A stretch of DNA of 64,000 nucleotides from Eledone cirrhosa (taxonomy: Eukaryota), in NCBI GenBank assembly GCA_964016885.1, contig OZ024742.1, positions 179,986,001 to 180,050,000 on the forward strand, given 5' to 3'. A model generated the notes under the pieces. That model did not search any database. It was not told where the DNA came from and saw only the letters and a program-made list of their open reading frames with translations. The position numbers and the translations under genes are program-made. Positions 26,612 to 40,454 of the stretch are shown one piece after another (the stretch's first letter is position 1; the number at the start of each line of letters is the position of its first letter).

Positions 26612-27134
26612 CATCATAAGTTCAAATCTGACCACATATGTATATCATAAGTTCAAATTTTAGTACATATGTACATCATAAAATTCAAATCTTACTGCAT
26701 ATGTATATTACACCTAACTTTGCTTCACTGTATATATTAAAAGAAAATGTTTCCATTGGTATTTCTATTGCAGCTGCTATCTATTGGCTACAACATTTGG
26801 CAGAAGGAACAACATAAAATAAAGTAATTTGCTCAAGAACACAATGCATGGCCCAGTCCAAAATTCAAACCTATAACCTTGTGAATGTGAGTCCATCATC
26901 TTAACCACTAAACCTTTTACCTTCACATATAAATATCATTGGATACACTTGACCACTACCAGTAGTAATAATAGTAGCAGCAGCAGTAATACACTGAACT
27001 CAGTTTAATCCATTATAACTACCACAGCTGAAGTTTGTCCTCATACCTAGTCACAAGAAACTATTCATATAATGTTTAGAGATATTCAGGCAGATTTGTA
27101 CAACAGCAATTAAGGGTTAACTGCAAGACATTTT

Positions 27135-27500
27135 ATCATTCCATCGTCATTTTTACATGTTTTTCTATACTTGCATCTGGTTAGATGAACCCACGCCAGC
27201 TCACTTTCTACTAGTCTCTTTCTTTTGTCATCTTCTTTGGAAAGTTTGAACATCCTGAAATCAGTTTTCACCACATCTGTCCATGCCTTCCTCTTCCAAA
27301 CCTTCCTTACACTTGTCTCTTTCCTTTGTCATCTTCTTTAGAAGGTTGAGCATCCTTAAATTAGCTTTCACCACTTCTGCCTATGTCTTCCTTGATCTTC
27401 TTCTTCCATGGCTGCTTTCACTTCTTCACCCAATAAACACAATCCATGCATAGTGCATGCCTATACCAGTGTGGTCTTCTCTTTCGTACATCTTATTTCT
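27135..27500 (-). mobile_element. Decayed RTE 3' end with internal duplication
   Basis: Minus-strand RRPHWYRHA..GRRRSRKT remnants; segment TCTCTTTC.TTTGTCATCTTCTTT repeated at ~27215 and ~27316. Confidence 0.55.
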
Positions 27501-29514
27501 TTTATACCCTGTTTTTTATGTGCATAATATTATTTCTGCTCTTTCTTTCTGGTTTTCATTGTGGTTAAACTCTGATTTCATCCTATTCTCCTAAGAAAAA
27601 AAAAATTGAAACAAACTATAGGAAAAAATGAGAGAGAAAATACAGAAGCAACATTGAACAATGCTTGTTATTAATGACAGTATAAATGGTAAGCTTGCTA
27701 AAAGTATATTTACGATTACTTATGAGAATCATAGAACTAGCATGGAGTAAAGAAATCATTAAATGCGAAACTGAACAGCAGAATGTCTGTTGAGTAATGC
27801 ATTTATCTTTTACTGTTTGATTTCAACCCATAAATCTCTGGATTTTCCCCCCATGATGTCGGCATTGATCAATTCCATTTAGTTATTCCCTCGCTAGACT
27901 AATGTGAATTCAGTTAGTCATGTGTAATGAAAAATGGCTCCTTGCTAAGGCTTAAGTTATGATTGAGAGAAAGTCATAAAGAAAAGAGACTACCTAAATG
28001 CAATTATGCTTGACTAGAAACTTCATGGAACAATGATAGGTGAATGGGAAGAATAGATTTATAGTTTATATACTTTTTATTTTATTACTATTAAAGATAG
28101 AAGACAAAATTCTACCAACAGAAATATATCGACATTATATAATCAGTTAAAGGAATGTATCTGCTCAGTGACAATCACAGCTGACAAATTTGACATGTCA
28201 CGTTACCAACTAAAGAATAACTGGTTCAAATTCCACTACCAGCATTATACCATGGCTAATATACTACACTAGTTCTAAAATGGTTTAGTACATCTAACTT
28301 TAATCGTACATACAATTGCAGCTGTAAAACATAGAATTGCCTATAAGTTACACTAGTAAATATGTTACACATTCATTTACATAAATATTTCCAATGTACC
28401 ATATACTTAGAGTTGGGGTTTTCTAGCTACATGACTTATCTACTGAACCTATATGTAGGTTCAATAGATAACTCGCCTCTCCATTTTACTTAAAATATTT
28501 ACAATGTACCATATATTTTGTGGGTCCAGTATATAAATAACATATAGGTTTTTCATATATTTTTGTGGGAGAAGGTGAAACTTATATATGAGTGCCTACA
28601 GCAATCAGTCTTTCACATTGCCATAAGACAATTAAGAGTCTCTGTAAGGTCTTGTAAGATGTACACCTAGAAAGTTCTATAAGGCAAGGGTTCTTTTTTT
28701 TATTGAAAAAACTGCAGTAACCGATGCAAGTCTTCCATCTCCATGCCACCAATGTTCTCCAAGAGAAAAGTCAAGGTAATCTGACTTGGCATCAGTTAGG
28801 TTGCACGTGAAATTAGAATGCAAATTGCTGAAAGAGATATTACAATTTTACGAATCAAGTGTTTTGAACTGATATATTATTTTGAGAGGGGGAGGGGGCT
28901 TTAAACTCAGAGTACAGTGAGTCAGAATAAATTACACTAATCTGCAAATTATAGTTAAGAGAATGCACTATATGTAGATTAACAAGCTATAGCTCATTTT
29001 GCCACCATTCCAAGTGAATATATGTCATTGAAAGTGAATGAAAATCATAAAGCATTAGTGTTAATAAAAAGGGAGGAGTGCGGGATTGTGTCCAGAATAT
29101 ATTTTTTTATCCCATTTGTAAAATAAGTTGGATTACTTTGAATAAATAATGAATGAATATTACATAATTTATGTACTAAATTTTGAAACACTTGATTAAA
29201 TATAAATAATTTTATTGCTTATTTCAAGATACACTCCTTTAAAATTTTCAAATGTCAACGCTTCCAGTTAACGGCCGTTATATTATAACACTTATTTCAT
29301 CGTTTATATAAACGTTCCTATATATCTGTCACTAATTTTATATATAATATCGTCTTTTTTAAATGTATCATGGATTACTTTACTGATTACAGAAGAGAGT
29401 GTAACACAGTCTCTCTTCAATTTCTGTGCATATTCTCGATTACGATTTTATTTGACGTATCATATCTAAATGCATATATATTTGCGTATAATATCAATAT
29501 GCACACTACACATG

Positions 29515-29552
29515 CTAGCTGAAAACCACCCGAAGGGTGGTTTTTCTGCTAG
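29515..29552 (+). mobile_element. Helitron-like 3' terminal hairpin plus CTAG
   Basis: GAAAACCACCC-GAA-GGGTGGTTTTT hairpin, then CTAG at 29549-29552 followed by T. Confidence 0.55.
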
Positions 29553-30154
29553 TTGGTGTTAATTTAGCTTTTTAACTTGGATGCTAAGGTATGTGTGACA
29601 TAATCACTGTTTATAGTACACATAGCAAGTCTTATGCATCTTTATCATACATAAACATATTGTATGTACTTTCATAAATACCTCTGATTAATACCATCCT
29701 GTTAGGACCACACTATATGTAAACGAACACGTCTAGTAATGTATTACTCGCCAAAATCTATATGTAGGCTGATAGCTTATTTTGTCTTATTATCGAATGA
29801 GTAATCATCATTGAGGATAGATAAATAACCTGAAACAATATTGTCTGGCATTCTCACCCAGGTACTGAATCTGCTGTGATATGACCACAGCTTAAAATGC
29901 TCATAGCAAGACTTATGTATGTTTATCATACACAAATATATTGCATATGCTTTCATTTGTGCCTCAATTCATCATACTTATGTTAATGAACAGTTAAGTC
30001 AACCACAGTAAGATTTGAACGCAGAACAAAACTAAGCATCACAAAGCATTCAATCTCCACCTTTGCCTTTTGTTAATCATACTATGATGTTTGAAAGAAA
30101 TTTGACAAACTGTAGAAACACTAAATAGTTTAGTCTCTTCTCTCTGACATTATG

Positions 30155-30386
30155 TTAACCATTTCATTACTTTATTTCTAATGATAGATACTGCCTATAA
30201 TTTTCAAATAATTTTGAAAGTAATCAAAAATTTGGAGGGATTTAGTAATATAACTAACTTTATCATTATTAAGCTGGTGTTTGGAATGAATCTTAACAAA
30301 TATTCTTACATTAAAATATAATGGAATTTTTTTTAGATAAATATAAACACTTTAAAATGAACACCTTTTGAAATCAAAAGGGTTAA
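30155..30386. mobile_element. TTAA-flanked piggyBac-like MITE (related partial copies near 1105-1240 and 31253-31400)
   Basis: TTAACCATTT...AAAAGGGTTAA ends; shared internal TTGAAAATAATCAAA...TTTGGAA. Confidence 0.6.
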
Positions 30387-32819
30387 ACTGGATTTGTTTT
30401 TGTTATCGTTTTTTGGTAGTATGTTTTTGTTTCTTTGCTTCTTATATGGTACTCTTTTACTCTTTTACCTGTTTCAGCCATCCGGCTGAGGCCATGCTGG
30501 GGCACCGCCCTTGGTAGGGTACAATTTAAATGTGATTTGGCTGCTATTTCCAGCAACTTGAGTAACAACATAGAGGATTCCTTTTTGGCTTGAATATATC
30601 ATCCATAGGCTGGGGTATATTCATCTGACTAAAATACTCACATTTATTGCAGCCTTTCAATTTTTTAGGCCTAGGCTGGCTGTATTTTTAAAACGTTTGA
30701 GTTCTATCACACTGTACCACATTGGTGGCATGTGTCTTTTACTATATGCTTGGGGCAACCAATGGCTTGTGAGTGATAGTTCACATCTGTTTTCAGGCTT
30801 TTGTGATTAATCTATGGAACAAAACATATGAGCTGTAGAATATAAACTGACAGTTATCATCACAGGATTTCACATAGTTTTGACCTTCTATCATCTCTTA
30901 TATTCATTGATATGATGATGTCTACAGTACTGTAACAAATAAACAACTAAGTTCTGCCACACATTAATGTGAAAAATATCTACCTTCACAGTTGTCATTT
31001 AATGATTACTAAGTGAAATGCTTAATACAATAGTGTAGAAAAGACACGATAATCAATTATTTATTCATCAATATCCTTCTGTTCATTATCATTGTGATCA
31101 GTAACGTCTCCATCTCCATAGTATAGCAATCACTGAAGGCCAAGAAACTGTCACAGAACTGTCAACAACAGGAAATATATACATCAATTCATTAATTATA
31201 CCTCCTTTATTCTCAATATGAAGAATATGGTACAAGCTGTTTTATTTCAGGTTTAACCCTTTAATTACCATATGAAAGGTATTGCCTATAATTTGGGAAT
31301 GAAAGATACTGCCTATGATATCTAAACACTTTTGAAAATAATCAAAAATTTGATAGGTTTTATCAAACTGGCATTTGGAACATAACTTTAAAAATATTTT
31401 TGGATAGAATTATGCATGTGTATAATCTTAATTAATTATGCAGTACCATACATCAACAGATCAAGTTATTATGAACTTTGTATCCATGCAAAGCATTCAT
31501 TCTAAATCAGCTTTATAACATTCAGAATAAAGGGCAAAAACTAATACGATTATGCAAACAAAAGCATCACATATTACATGGCCAAATAGTCTACTGGAGT
31601 GTTCCACAAACATCATTCAAGTTTTCAATGACTGAATCTCATCATCAACCTCATCACCGTTTAATGTACATTTTTCCATGCTAGCATGGGTTAGATGAGT
31701 TTTCCAGTTGTGAGACAAGCCAGATCAGGTTAATGTGTCTTGCTCATACAGAACTAATTTTGGTTTGGTTTCTGTGGCTGGATGCCTTTCCTAATGCCAA
31801 CCACATTAACAGTGTTTACTGGTGCTTTTTATCGTGACAACTATAAGATCACTTTACAGTGTGGACTGGGAGGTGCATGGGGATTGAAAAGGTATATCTA
31901 GTGGGGAGTAGAAGGATGGGGTGTTAGGGAGAGGGAAGGGGGGGGGGGGGGGTAAGGGAAAGTATTGCGTACTAGATGTATGTTTCAACCCATGCATATG
32001 GGAAGGTGATTCTTCAGTATTACTGCATAGCGCCAGAGATCTCAATCATATGTTATTGCCTTTAAGAGGTGTAATTGTGTAAGGTCACTTTTATCACCTC
32101 AAATAAATAAACAATACATATAACAATCAATACACTTCTGAAATAATGCTGTTTTTGTAGCACATTCTGAGTCTCAATAACATCATTCATACTGATCTAG
32201 ACGGTGCAGTGACATCAGTGAGGTATAAGAAGCAAAAGATCTCAGGACTGGCTTGCTGATAATCATGATATTGAAGCCATGTTGAAAGGAAAGAGCAATT
32301 CATTTGCTAAGCTCCTGCAATCAGATATTCCTGTGACCCAGAAAATCATACTGAGAGTACAGTTTACTAATGTGAAAATTAATCTGCAGTATAGGTTTAG
32401 AATGATGAAGGGGAGCTGCTGAAATACAGACAGAAACTATTAGAAAGAATGGAGTGGACCACAGTCGCTTTTGAATATGAGTGTTTCAGTTATTTGATCA
32501 ATTGAATGGACTGCTCATGAAATTAACTTGTAAATGGATCAGCATTATAGTGACATTTACACTTCTTGAGGTAATTCTCAGAGTAATCCAGCATGCCACC
32601 GTGTGGAAAAACTGGCACTTTAAATTACAGAAACAGCTCATCCGACAGGCTGTGAAATAATTTCCATCTGCTCAATTTCATTTACATGATCTTGGTTAAC
32701 CTGATGTTTGAGGTTATGATAAATAACACTTGCACAAGATTCTACACAATGGGATTTCATTTCAGATCCAATGAATGTAATGCAATCATCTTAACCATTC
32801 ATCCATGCTTTGTCCACAT

Positions 32820-33097
32820 TAGGAAGAGAAATCTGTAGTGTGTGAAAGAGAAGATTGTGTTGGTATGGACATGCGATGCACATGTATGATGTTCGCTAGG
32901 TAAGGTGAAGAAGTGCAAGGAAATCCCAGCTGCAGTAGAGGTAGACCAAGGAATATATGAGTGGAAGCAGTGAGATTTCCTCTCAGATCACTGAAACTCG
33001 GAGGGGAGAGGAAGAAGGAACACATCATGAGAAGAGATGCTGTGCTGAAAAGGACCTATCCAACTCATGCAAGCATGGAAAAACACTGATGATGATA
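32820..33097 (+). mobile_element. RTE LINE 3' fragment
   Basis: CSV*KRRLCWYGHA..SRGRPRNI; ends CATGCAAGCATGGAAAA..(TGA)n. Confidence 0.8.
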
Positions 33098-33591
33098 TCG
33101 TGTATGCTTTCATATACAACTCTATGATGAAAAACGCTACATTAGTGCAACTTAATTATTTTATATATATATATAATGAGACAATGATGGACAGCCATTG
33201 TATTATAATTGGCCTGCAGTACAGTTATTAACATTTTGCCAGTGTATATATAAAATACAGCCATTTTCTAAACCCATTTTCTGTCACAAAATACTAATTA
33301 TTAATGCAGAGAACCTACTTGTTAATGATATATTTTAGAACTTATCATTTAATTGTTTCACTTGTTCAATGTATTAGTGAGACCAACTTCATCATAATTT
33401 CTTACAAACTTTAAAATAAGTATTGGGCAGGTGGCTGCGAGTGTCTGGATTTTTGTTTATATTGTATATCTTATTCATCTGCAATAATGTGATGGTCACA
33501 TTTAGAAATACCAATTGACATTTCATGGAATGGGACTAATTAAACAACAGAGCCTGCACAAAGAATAATTAGATGATGGATATGTGTAATA

Positions 33592-33800
33592 ATGTTTCTA
33601 ATTTAGGCACAAGGCCAGCAATTTGAAGGGGAGGAGAACGTTGATTAAATAGACCCCAGTGCATTACTGGTGCTTTATTTATTGACCCTGTAGAGATGAA
33701 AGGCAAAGCTAACTTCGGCAGGATTTGAACTTGTAAAGGGCTGTAACTATGTCGTGAAGCATGGTGTCTGACACTCTACCGATTCTGCCAATCCACCACG
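33592..33800 (-). mobile_element. SINE family 1 (subfamily with longer 3' region)
   Basis: GGCACAAGGCCAGCAATT...GATGAAAGGCAAAG...GATTCTGCCAATCCACC. Confidence 0.8.
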
Positions 33801-34250
33801 GGGAGAATATAAGCTACTAGAGGCATTGGTAAAACATTAAAATTAAAAGTATAAATTGAAATGAAAAACCATCCTCACCTAAATCACACATGTACACACT
33901 CACCAGGAGCATGTTTCACCATTTTAGTGGGTTCCAATATGGCCCAGTGGGTCATCAGCTTGTGGAAGGCCGATATTGTCCGCACTACTAGGGAGAACTA
34001 AAATAAACCACCCTTCGCACGTGTAGACATAAGAGAAATGCGTGCACGGGGCAGTAACTGGTGGCATGAACAGAACAAACTGCTAGAAATGACAGCCTAT
34101 ACTATTCAATTTATGGTGCTCAACAGCAGAGAGAGCGCAAGGAGCAAATATCAAGTAAAAATAACGGAGCAAAGGACTCGCGTATAATCCTGTAATTAAA
34201 TGAGCTCGAAGGAAATAGTTTTCCTGGGCTCTTTAAAATACAATATATAG

Positions 34251-34588
34251 GAGGCACATGGCTTAGTGGTGAGTGCATTGGTCTTGCAATCGAAAGGTTG
34301 TGAGTTCAATTCTCAGACTGGGTGATGTGTTGTTTCCTTGAGCAAGACACTTTATTTCACATTGCTCCAGTTTACTCAGCTGTAGAAATGAGATGATAGG
34401 GACTGGTGTCCATATCATTCCACTGCAAAGTGGTCGTGGAGGTGCCATGGCAAAAAAGCACCCAGCACTCACTGTAAATGAGGTTGGTGTTAGGAAGGGC
34501 ATCCAGCTGTAGAAATTAAGCCAGCATCAGTTCCCGTCCCACCCTTGCAAGCAGGGAAAAAGCGGACGTAAAATGAAATGATGATGAT
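34251..34588 (+). mobile_element. Composite SINE family 2: tRNA head + CORE-like segment + RTE 5'-UTR module + RTE 3' tail
   Basis: TGGCTTAGTGG and GTTCAATTC boxes; TCCTTGAGCAAGACACTTT; GGAAGGGCATCCAGCTGTAGAAA; tail CCCACCCTTGCAAGCAGGGAAAA..GACGTAAAATGA matching the LINE end at 21797-21843. Confidence 0.85.
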
Positions 34589-34629
34589 AGAGGGGAAAGA
34601 CACAGAAGAGTGTGTTTTTCATTACAGGA

Positions 34630-35862
34630 GATAATAAGTACTAAGTAATTTAGAAGGATTTGGAAAATTATGAAGAGTTAATTAAATGAAAGAAATATAA
34701 TTACAGCAATTAATGCACAAAATATATTACTGATAAGGTATGGAACTGGTGTTATAAGCTACACCAAAATGGAGCTCAAAGCAATGGATAGGAAAAGCAA
34801 AAAATTGTTGACCATGTATGGTGCCCGTTATTCAAGAACAGTTGTGGACTGGTTACAGAATAAAAGGAGAGAGGAAGGTTGAGGACTTATTGAGGATGTG
34901 TGAGCATGGAAAAGAAAATCTTGATTAATTTTGTAGAATGAAGCAAAGAAAGCCTGATTGAAGCAGTAAACAATGAAATAGTATTAAAGAAAGGAAAGAC
35001 AAAGAAGTAAGGAAGACATGCAAAACAAGCATAACTTTTTAAGAGAACAGAAAGCATTACATGGAAAATTTGAACAAAGAATCAAAGAACTGAGAGGCAT
35101 ACAAAAGAAGTCTAAAGAAAGAAAGAAATAGAAAGCACTATCATAATTTCCCCTAATCAATCACATTAGGAACCACGTATATAAGGAAAACAATGTACAG
35201 GGTGTGTCAAATGTTTGAGGAGGCAGTGACATGTATTGCTGCTAAGTGCCTTAATTTGGTGCAAAATGAATACATCAAATGGAAACATGATGAAATAGCC
35301 AAAATTATACATTGAAAACTCTGCCAGACTTGAGAGGGAAGACAAATGGTACAACTATAAATCAGAGAAAGTAATTGAATCAGAAGATTGTAAAATCTTG
35401 TGGGACTTCACAATACAGACAATTAAGTTATTAAAGCACAATAAGCTAGACAAAAATGTAGATATATAATAAATCACTTATGCCCATCTGACTTACAAGT
35501 GAAGAAAAAAGAAGAGGAAAGGGAGAAAAATTACAATCTATTAAAGAATGCGATTGCATGGTTGTGGAAATTGAAAAAAGTTAAAGTCATACCATGAAGA
35601 GAGAACTGTAACCTATAAATTTGATCATTGAATAAAGGAATTAAAAATTGAGTGCTCAATAGCATCACCCGAGAAAGTTTGCCTTTTGGGAACAGCACAA
35701 ATTGCTAGGAAATATACAGTCAGTTGATAGAGACTAATTTCATGATACCTAAGACCACTGGTTGTGTTCCACTACTATACAATATAGGGTTTTCAACACC
35801 TTATCTGAGAAAACAGTCCTGTAATGATAATAATAATAATGGTTTCAATGATAATAATAATA
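34630..35862 (+). mobile_element. Old, 5'-truncated R4/Dong-like LINE
   Basis: Remnants ELKAMDRKSKKLLTMYG, KILWDFTIQT and KVCLLGTAQIARK; ends in (TAA)n. Confidence 0.75.
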
Positions 35863-36010
35863 ATTGTTTCTACTTTAGGAACAAGGCCATCAATTTGAAG
35901 GGGAGGGAGAAGTCGATTAAATCGACCCCAGCGAATTACTGGTGCTTTATTTTATCGACCCTGTAAGGATGAAAATCAAACGTAACCTTAGCGGAATTTG
36001 AACTCAGAAA
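35863..36010 (-). mobile_element. SINE family 1, 5'-truncated
   Basis: TGTTTCTAC...TTTTATCGACCCTGTAAGGATGAAA...TTTGAACTCAGA. Confidence 0.8.
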
Positions 36011-36178
36011 CCTCTGAAAACTAGATTTATTAATGTTAATTTGTACAGATTTCTTTAAAATAATTATAGATTTACCCAATATAAATGCATTCTCCCTGAC
36101 GTATTAACATAAATTTTGAAAGTGAAATAGTTAAAATAATTATTAAAACTAGATACATCCTTTACTAATGCAATAATG

Positions 36179-36365
36179 AGGATTGGCAGTATCAGTAGAG
36201 GGTCGGACGCCATGCTTTGCAGCAAAGAGTTACGGCCCTTTATGGTCTGAGTTCAAATCCCGCCCAGGTTAACTTTGCTTTTCATCCTTACGGGGTCGAT
36301 AAAATAAAGTACCAGTAATACACTGGGATAATTGCTGGCATTGTGCCAAAAGTAGAAACAATTAT
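36179..36365 (+). mobile_element. SINE family 1, near full length
   Basis: Head GGATTGGCAGTATCAGTAGAG, B-box, core and tail. Confidence 0.85.
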
Positions 36366-36889
36366 ATATTACTGCTTACACAACAGAGTTAAGGCAAATT
36401 AATAGAAAAACGAGATAGAACCTTAACCTTTGTTACTATCATCATTGTTTTTATATCCTCTTCTCCATACTGGTATTAGTTGGATGGGATGGTTTCAAAC
36501 AATGTTTTACAGTTGGGTGCCCTTCCTTACAGCAACCTTTTGGTCACTTCTTGCAACCCTCAATGTGATGATGTACCTATTCTAAAAACCAGGATATGCT
36601 CAGAATATTTCTAATAAAAGATGCTACCAATGATTTTCAAATATTTATTTTCAATAATCAAGTATTTGAGAATGTAGTAATATGTGTAACTTTCCCATTC
36701 TCAAGCTGAAATATGAACATTTTAAAATAATCTGTTTCCTATCATAGAACCAAGGAGGGTTTCAAGGAGTTTAGTTTGAAAAAGGTGACTTAAAACACCA
36801 CCCCCATCAATGCTAATACAATCGAAATAAGTAAGGTAATTTAAAAAACTAGATTACTCAATTACATTATTACACTATTTCCTGTTCCA

Positions 36890-37165
36890 ACCACCATTGA
36901 TGCTACACTTTTTACAGCCAGCTTTCCTTGGTTGGCCATTGATGCAAAAGGGAGTTTGTTGCTGTCGCCCTTATTTGTGCTTCTCATGCTGTGGGTTCAT
37001 CAGGGATCTTGGTCAACAGGATGTTGAGATGTCTCTTAAAAACTTCTACATGCACACCATGTAGATATCTCAGATTTTTTGGCTGCTCATTAAAAAGTTA
37101 GGGTCCATTGAACCTCAGGCTATTACAGTATGTAGTCCTTATTCTTGATGCAATGGATGATACAA
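36890..37165 (-). mobile_element. CR1-group LINE 3' fragment
   Basis: Minus strand RIRTTYCNSLRFNGP*LFNEQPKNLRYLHGVHVEVFKRHLNILLTKIPDEP, typical of the CR1 ORF2 C-terminus. Confidence 0.7.
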
Positions 37166-38643
37166 ACTTAATTTGAATAATCTACACTGCTAATACAACT
37201 GAAATATAGTAAATCTATATTATAATAACTGTCATACAAATGTAATGATCTGTCAAGAACATTCTAAACTTTTTATTTAGAATTCATAGGAAACAAATAT
37301 AAGACAAAAAATGCCTGTGTGCAGGAAGTGTGTTCTAATATGCTTTCATTCATACTAGAGATCTGCATTTCCTAGATGTTTTCATTTCTCTCTATACTAC
37401 TACATAGTATTAGTGGTAGTAATAATAGTGGAAGAAAGAGTAGTAGTAGTATTGGTGGTGGTAGTGATAGTAGATATAGTGGTATTAGTTATGGTGGTGA
37501 CAGTGGTAGTAGTCTGTAGTTGTTACTGCAGCTACTGGTACTCTCAAGCCATACTTTTGATAGATGTGAGGTTTATGCCCTAAGAATGACTGCACAGGCA
37601 GAACTAACAGGAGTTTATTGAACAGTAACAAAAGAACAACTCTGACAGAACTGAAGATGTCGAGAAATACAACAACAACGACAATGACAAACTTCTGCAG
37701 TTTCCAAAAAAATGGATATAAAGTAAAAGACATTCAGAAAGAGTTTCTTCAGGTTAAAGAGATAGAAAATAAATGTTTCCCAGGCGTAAACATAACATGA
37801 TGAAGACCAAAAGGTTGCAACTGCCAACATGATACTTACATTCCTTTTCAAAAATGTCTTTCTTCTTTCAACATTTTATTTTTGATGAAAATATATATAT
37901 TTATATATATATATATACATACATATATATATATACACATGCTTATATTGATAAATACACATACATATATGCACCTATGTATCTACTATATATAAATATA
38001 TATATATTACATATTTGTACACATACACACACACACATATATATACACACACTTATATTGATAAATACATACATATATGCACCTATGTATCTACTATAAA
38101 TAAATATATACATATATATTACATATGTACACGCAAATGCATATATATTATATATATATATTATACATCACATATATAGATTCTTTTTCTTTTATTTCCA
38201 TCTTTCATTTCCTCGATATTTCTATTTTCATTGATGTTAATATTTTTTAGTTGGCTTTGCCCTGTATTACTTTTAGATTATTCATAGTTTTTTTAATATC
38301 TTTTCTCTGTTTCATAAATCCAATCATTTTATTTTATTTATCTACTTTTTATATTTGTCTTTTATTTGTTTTCATGAAAAAATTTCTTGTTCTTTCTGTC
38401 CTGGCAATGAAAATGGATGGAATGGTTGAAGAACAATAATTTTGGCACTGGAAACCAGAAACAGAGATAATGTTTTACTATATGTGTGTTTGTCATGAAC
38501 GTGTGTGGCTTAGGAGTTCATGTGTTTGGCTAATGAACATAAGATTATAGGTTTGATTCCAATTCTGGGTCTCATATTTTGTCATTCAGTAAAAAATTTA
38601 TTTCATTTTGCGCTAATCCACTCAGCTGGCAAAAAGTGAGTTG

Positions 38644-38811
38644 TACATGTATTTCCCAGCATCGAAGACGCTACTTTTTTCCTAAAATAAGTCTCAAAAA
38701 TCTACCATGTGTCCTAGAGACCAAAGGTTGTTTTTTTTTCAAATTTTGTTGTTGTTAAAATTAGGGTGCATCCTCGAGGTTGAAGCATCTTCGGCGCCGG
38801 GAAATATTGTA
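38644..38811. mobile_element. TA-flanked MITE, Tc1/mariner-pogo type
   Basis: TIRs TATTTCCCAGCATCGAAGACGCT and (reverse complement) TATTTCCCGGCGCCGAAGATGCT; sits at the end of a SINE family 2 relic (38505-38643). Confidence 0.7.
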
Positions 38812-40202
38812 ATTCAAAGGTCCAACCACGTAACACTGTCTCATGCTGGATCTCCTGGAGCCTTATTATATGAGTAAATATGTCTGTGGAATTCTCAACC
38901 ATTTACATATTAATTTCACAAACAGGCTGTTCCATTGATGAAACAACTGGGATACTTATCCTAATAACTGATGGAGGTCCAACAGCTTGGTTCTCAGTTT
39001 TTTGGCTATTATATATGTATAAAGAGTTTGAGATTGTGTGAATTATACATCAACATCGTCATCTCTTTATGTGTACCTTTCCTGCTTATGTGTGTGAATT
39101 ATACATCATCATTATCACTTTATGTCGAATTTCCTACTGGTATGGATTTAATGGGTTGTTACAGACAAAGTCACTACTTAAATCACAGCCACTGTCCTCT
39201 AAAATGGGTTATGTCATAGGTCACATTTCACATATATTCCAGTCTTGGCATGATTTTACAGCTGTATATCCTGCTTAACACGAAACACTTTATAAAGTGT
39301 ACTTGGTACATGTGATTGTGGCACTAGAAATGTGCTATGTTTTAGATGTATATTTATACAAGTTTAACAGTGGAAGTTGAAGTTGTTAAACAGAATATCC
39401 AGTATGTATAATTTGATGAGATCACATATATCAATGCTTGTATGACCCTATACAAGATCAAAGTGCCTGTTGGGTAAGACTTTTTTTGAGATCCTATCAA
39501 AGAAAAGAGTTTCTTAAGAATGTGTGATGACCTCTAAATTTGTTTCTTTCATATCAAAACTTTTGGGGGCAGCCTGGTGTCTTATTTAATAGAGAAAAGG
39601 TTGACGGGTCCCCAATTTGGCTTATACACTGATGATAGATTAACTATGAACGCTGCCATTAATGGGCATACATTAGAGAAATTTAAGAATAACTGTATCA
39701 CTGCTTTCAACACATTAATACTACATTTAAGATAATGAAATTCTTAGATGTTTCTCATAATCTATATATAATGGGAGTTATCTCCATTTGCCTGTCACAC
39801 AAATACTGAACATTTTAATAAATTATCACTTTTTGCTGCTTTCATTAACACCAGACTTAATGGTGTTATCCGTTTCCCCTTCTTTCTCCCTCTCTATATA
39901 TCTTTCTGTATATATAAAAGTAAAAGCCCCAATAGTTACAAATGACCGTGGAATTTGCATATAGAAAGTTCACCCTCCAAAGCACAAAATGGACAAGGTT
40001 TTTTATGGGAGACTAGCAGTCACCCATGCCTACCAGTCTCCCCTCTCCATGCCACCAATATTGTCTAAGGGAAAGGCAAAGGCCAATAAAGCTTCGCACC
40101 AGTGATATCGCAACTCATTTGAGTTAACTGGAGCAATGTGAAATAAAATGTCTTGCTCAAAGACGCAACATATATATGTACACACATATATAATATATAT
40201 AC

Positions 40203-40285
<83 letters not shown>

Positions 40286-40454
40286 CATACATATATATAT
40301 ATATATGATGGCTGCCCCCTTGTTATCGAGTATGGCCATTGCACGGAAAAAAAAAAAATAAATAAAATAAAATAAAAAAAAGAAATATATATATATATAC
40401 ACACACATACATATATATATATATACACACGCGCACACACATAAACATATCTAT

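Noticed and set aside
34251-34325. Functional tRNA gene
   Set aside because: Acceptor stem is degenerate and the sequence continues into a SINE body, so it is a SINE head; the same applies to family 1 heads.
37485-37851. Overlapping ORFs with splice-like signals
   Set aside because: No homology recognised and the frames are inconsistent; cannot be supported.
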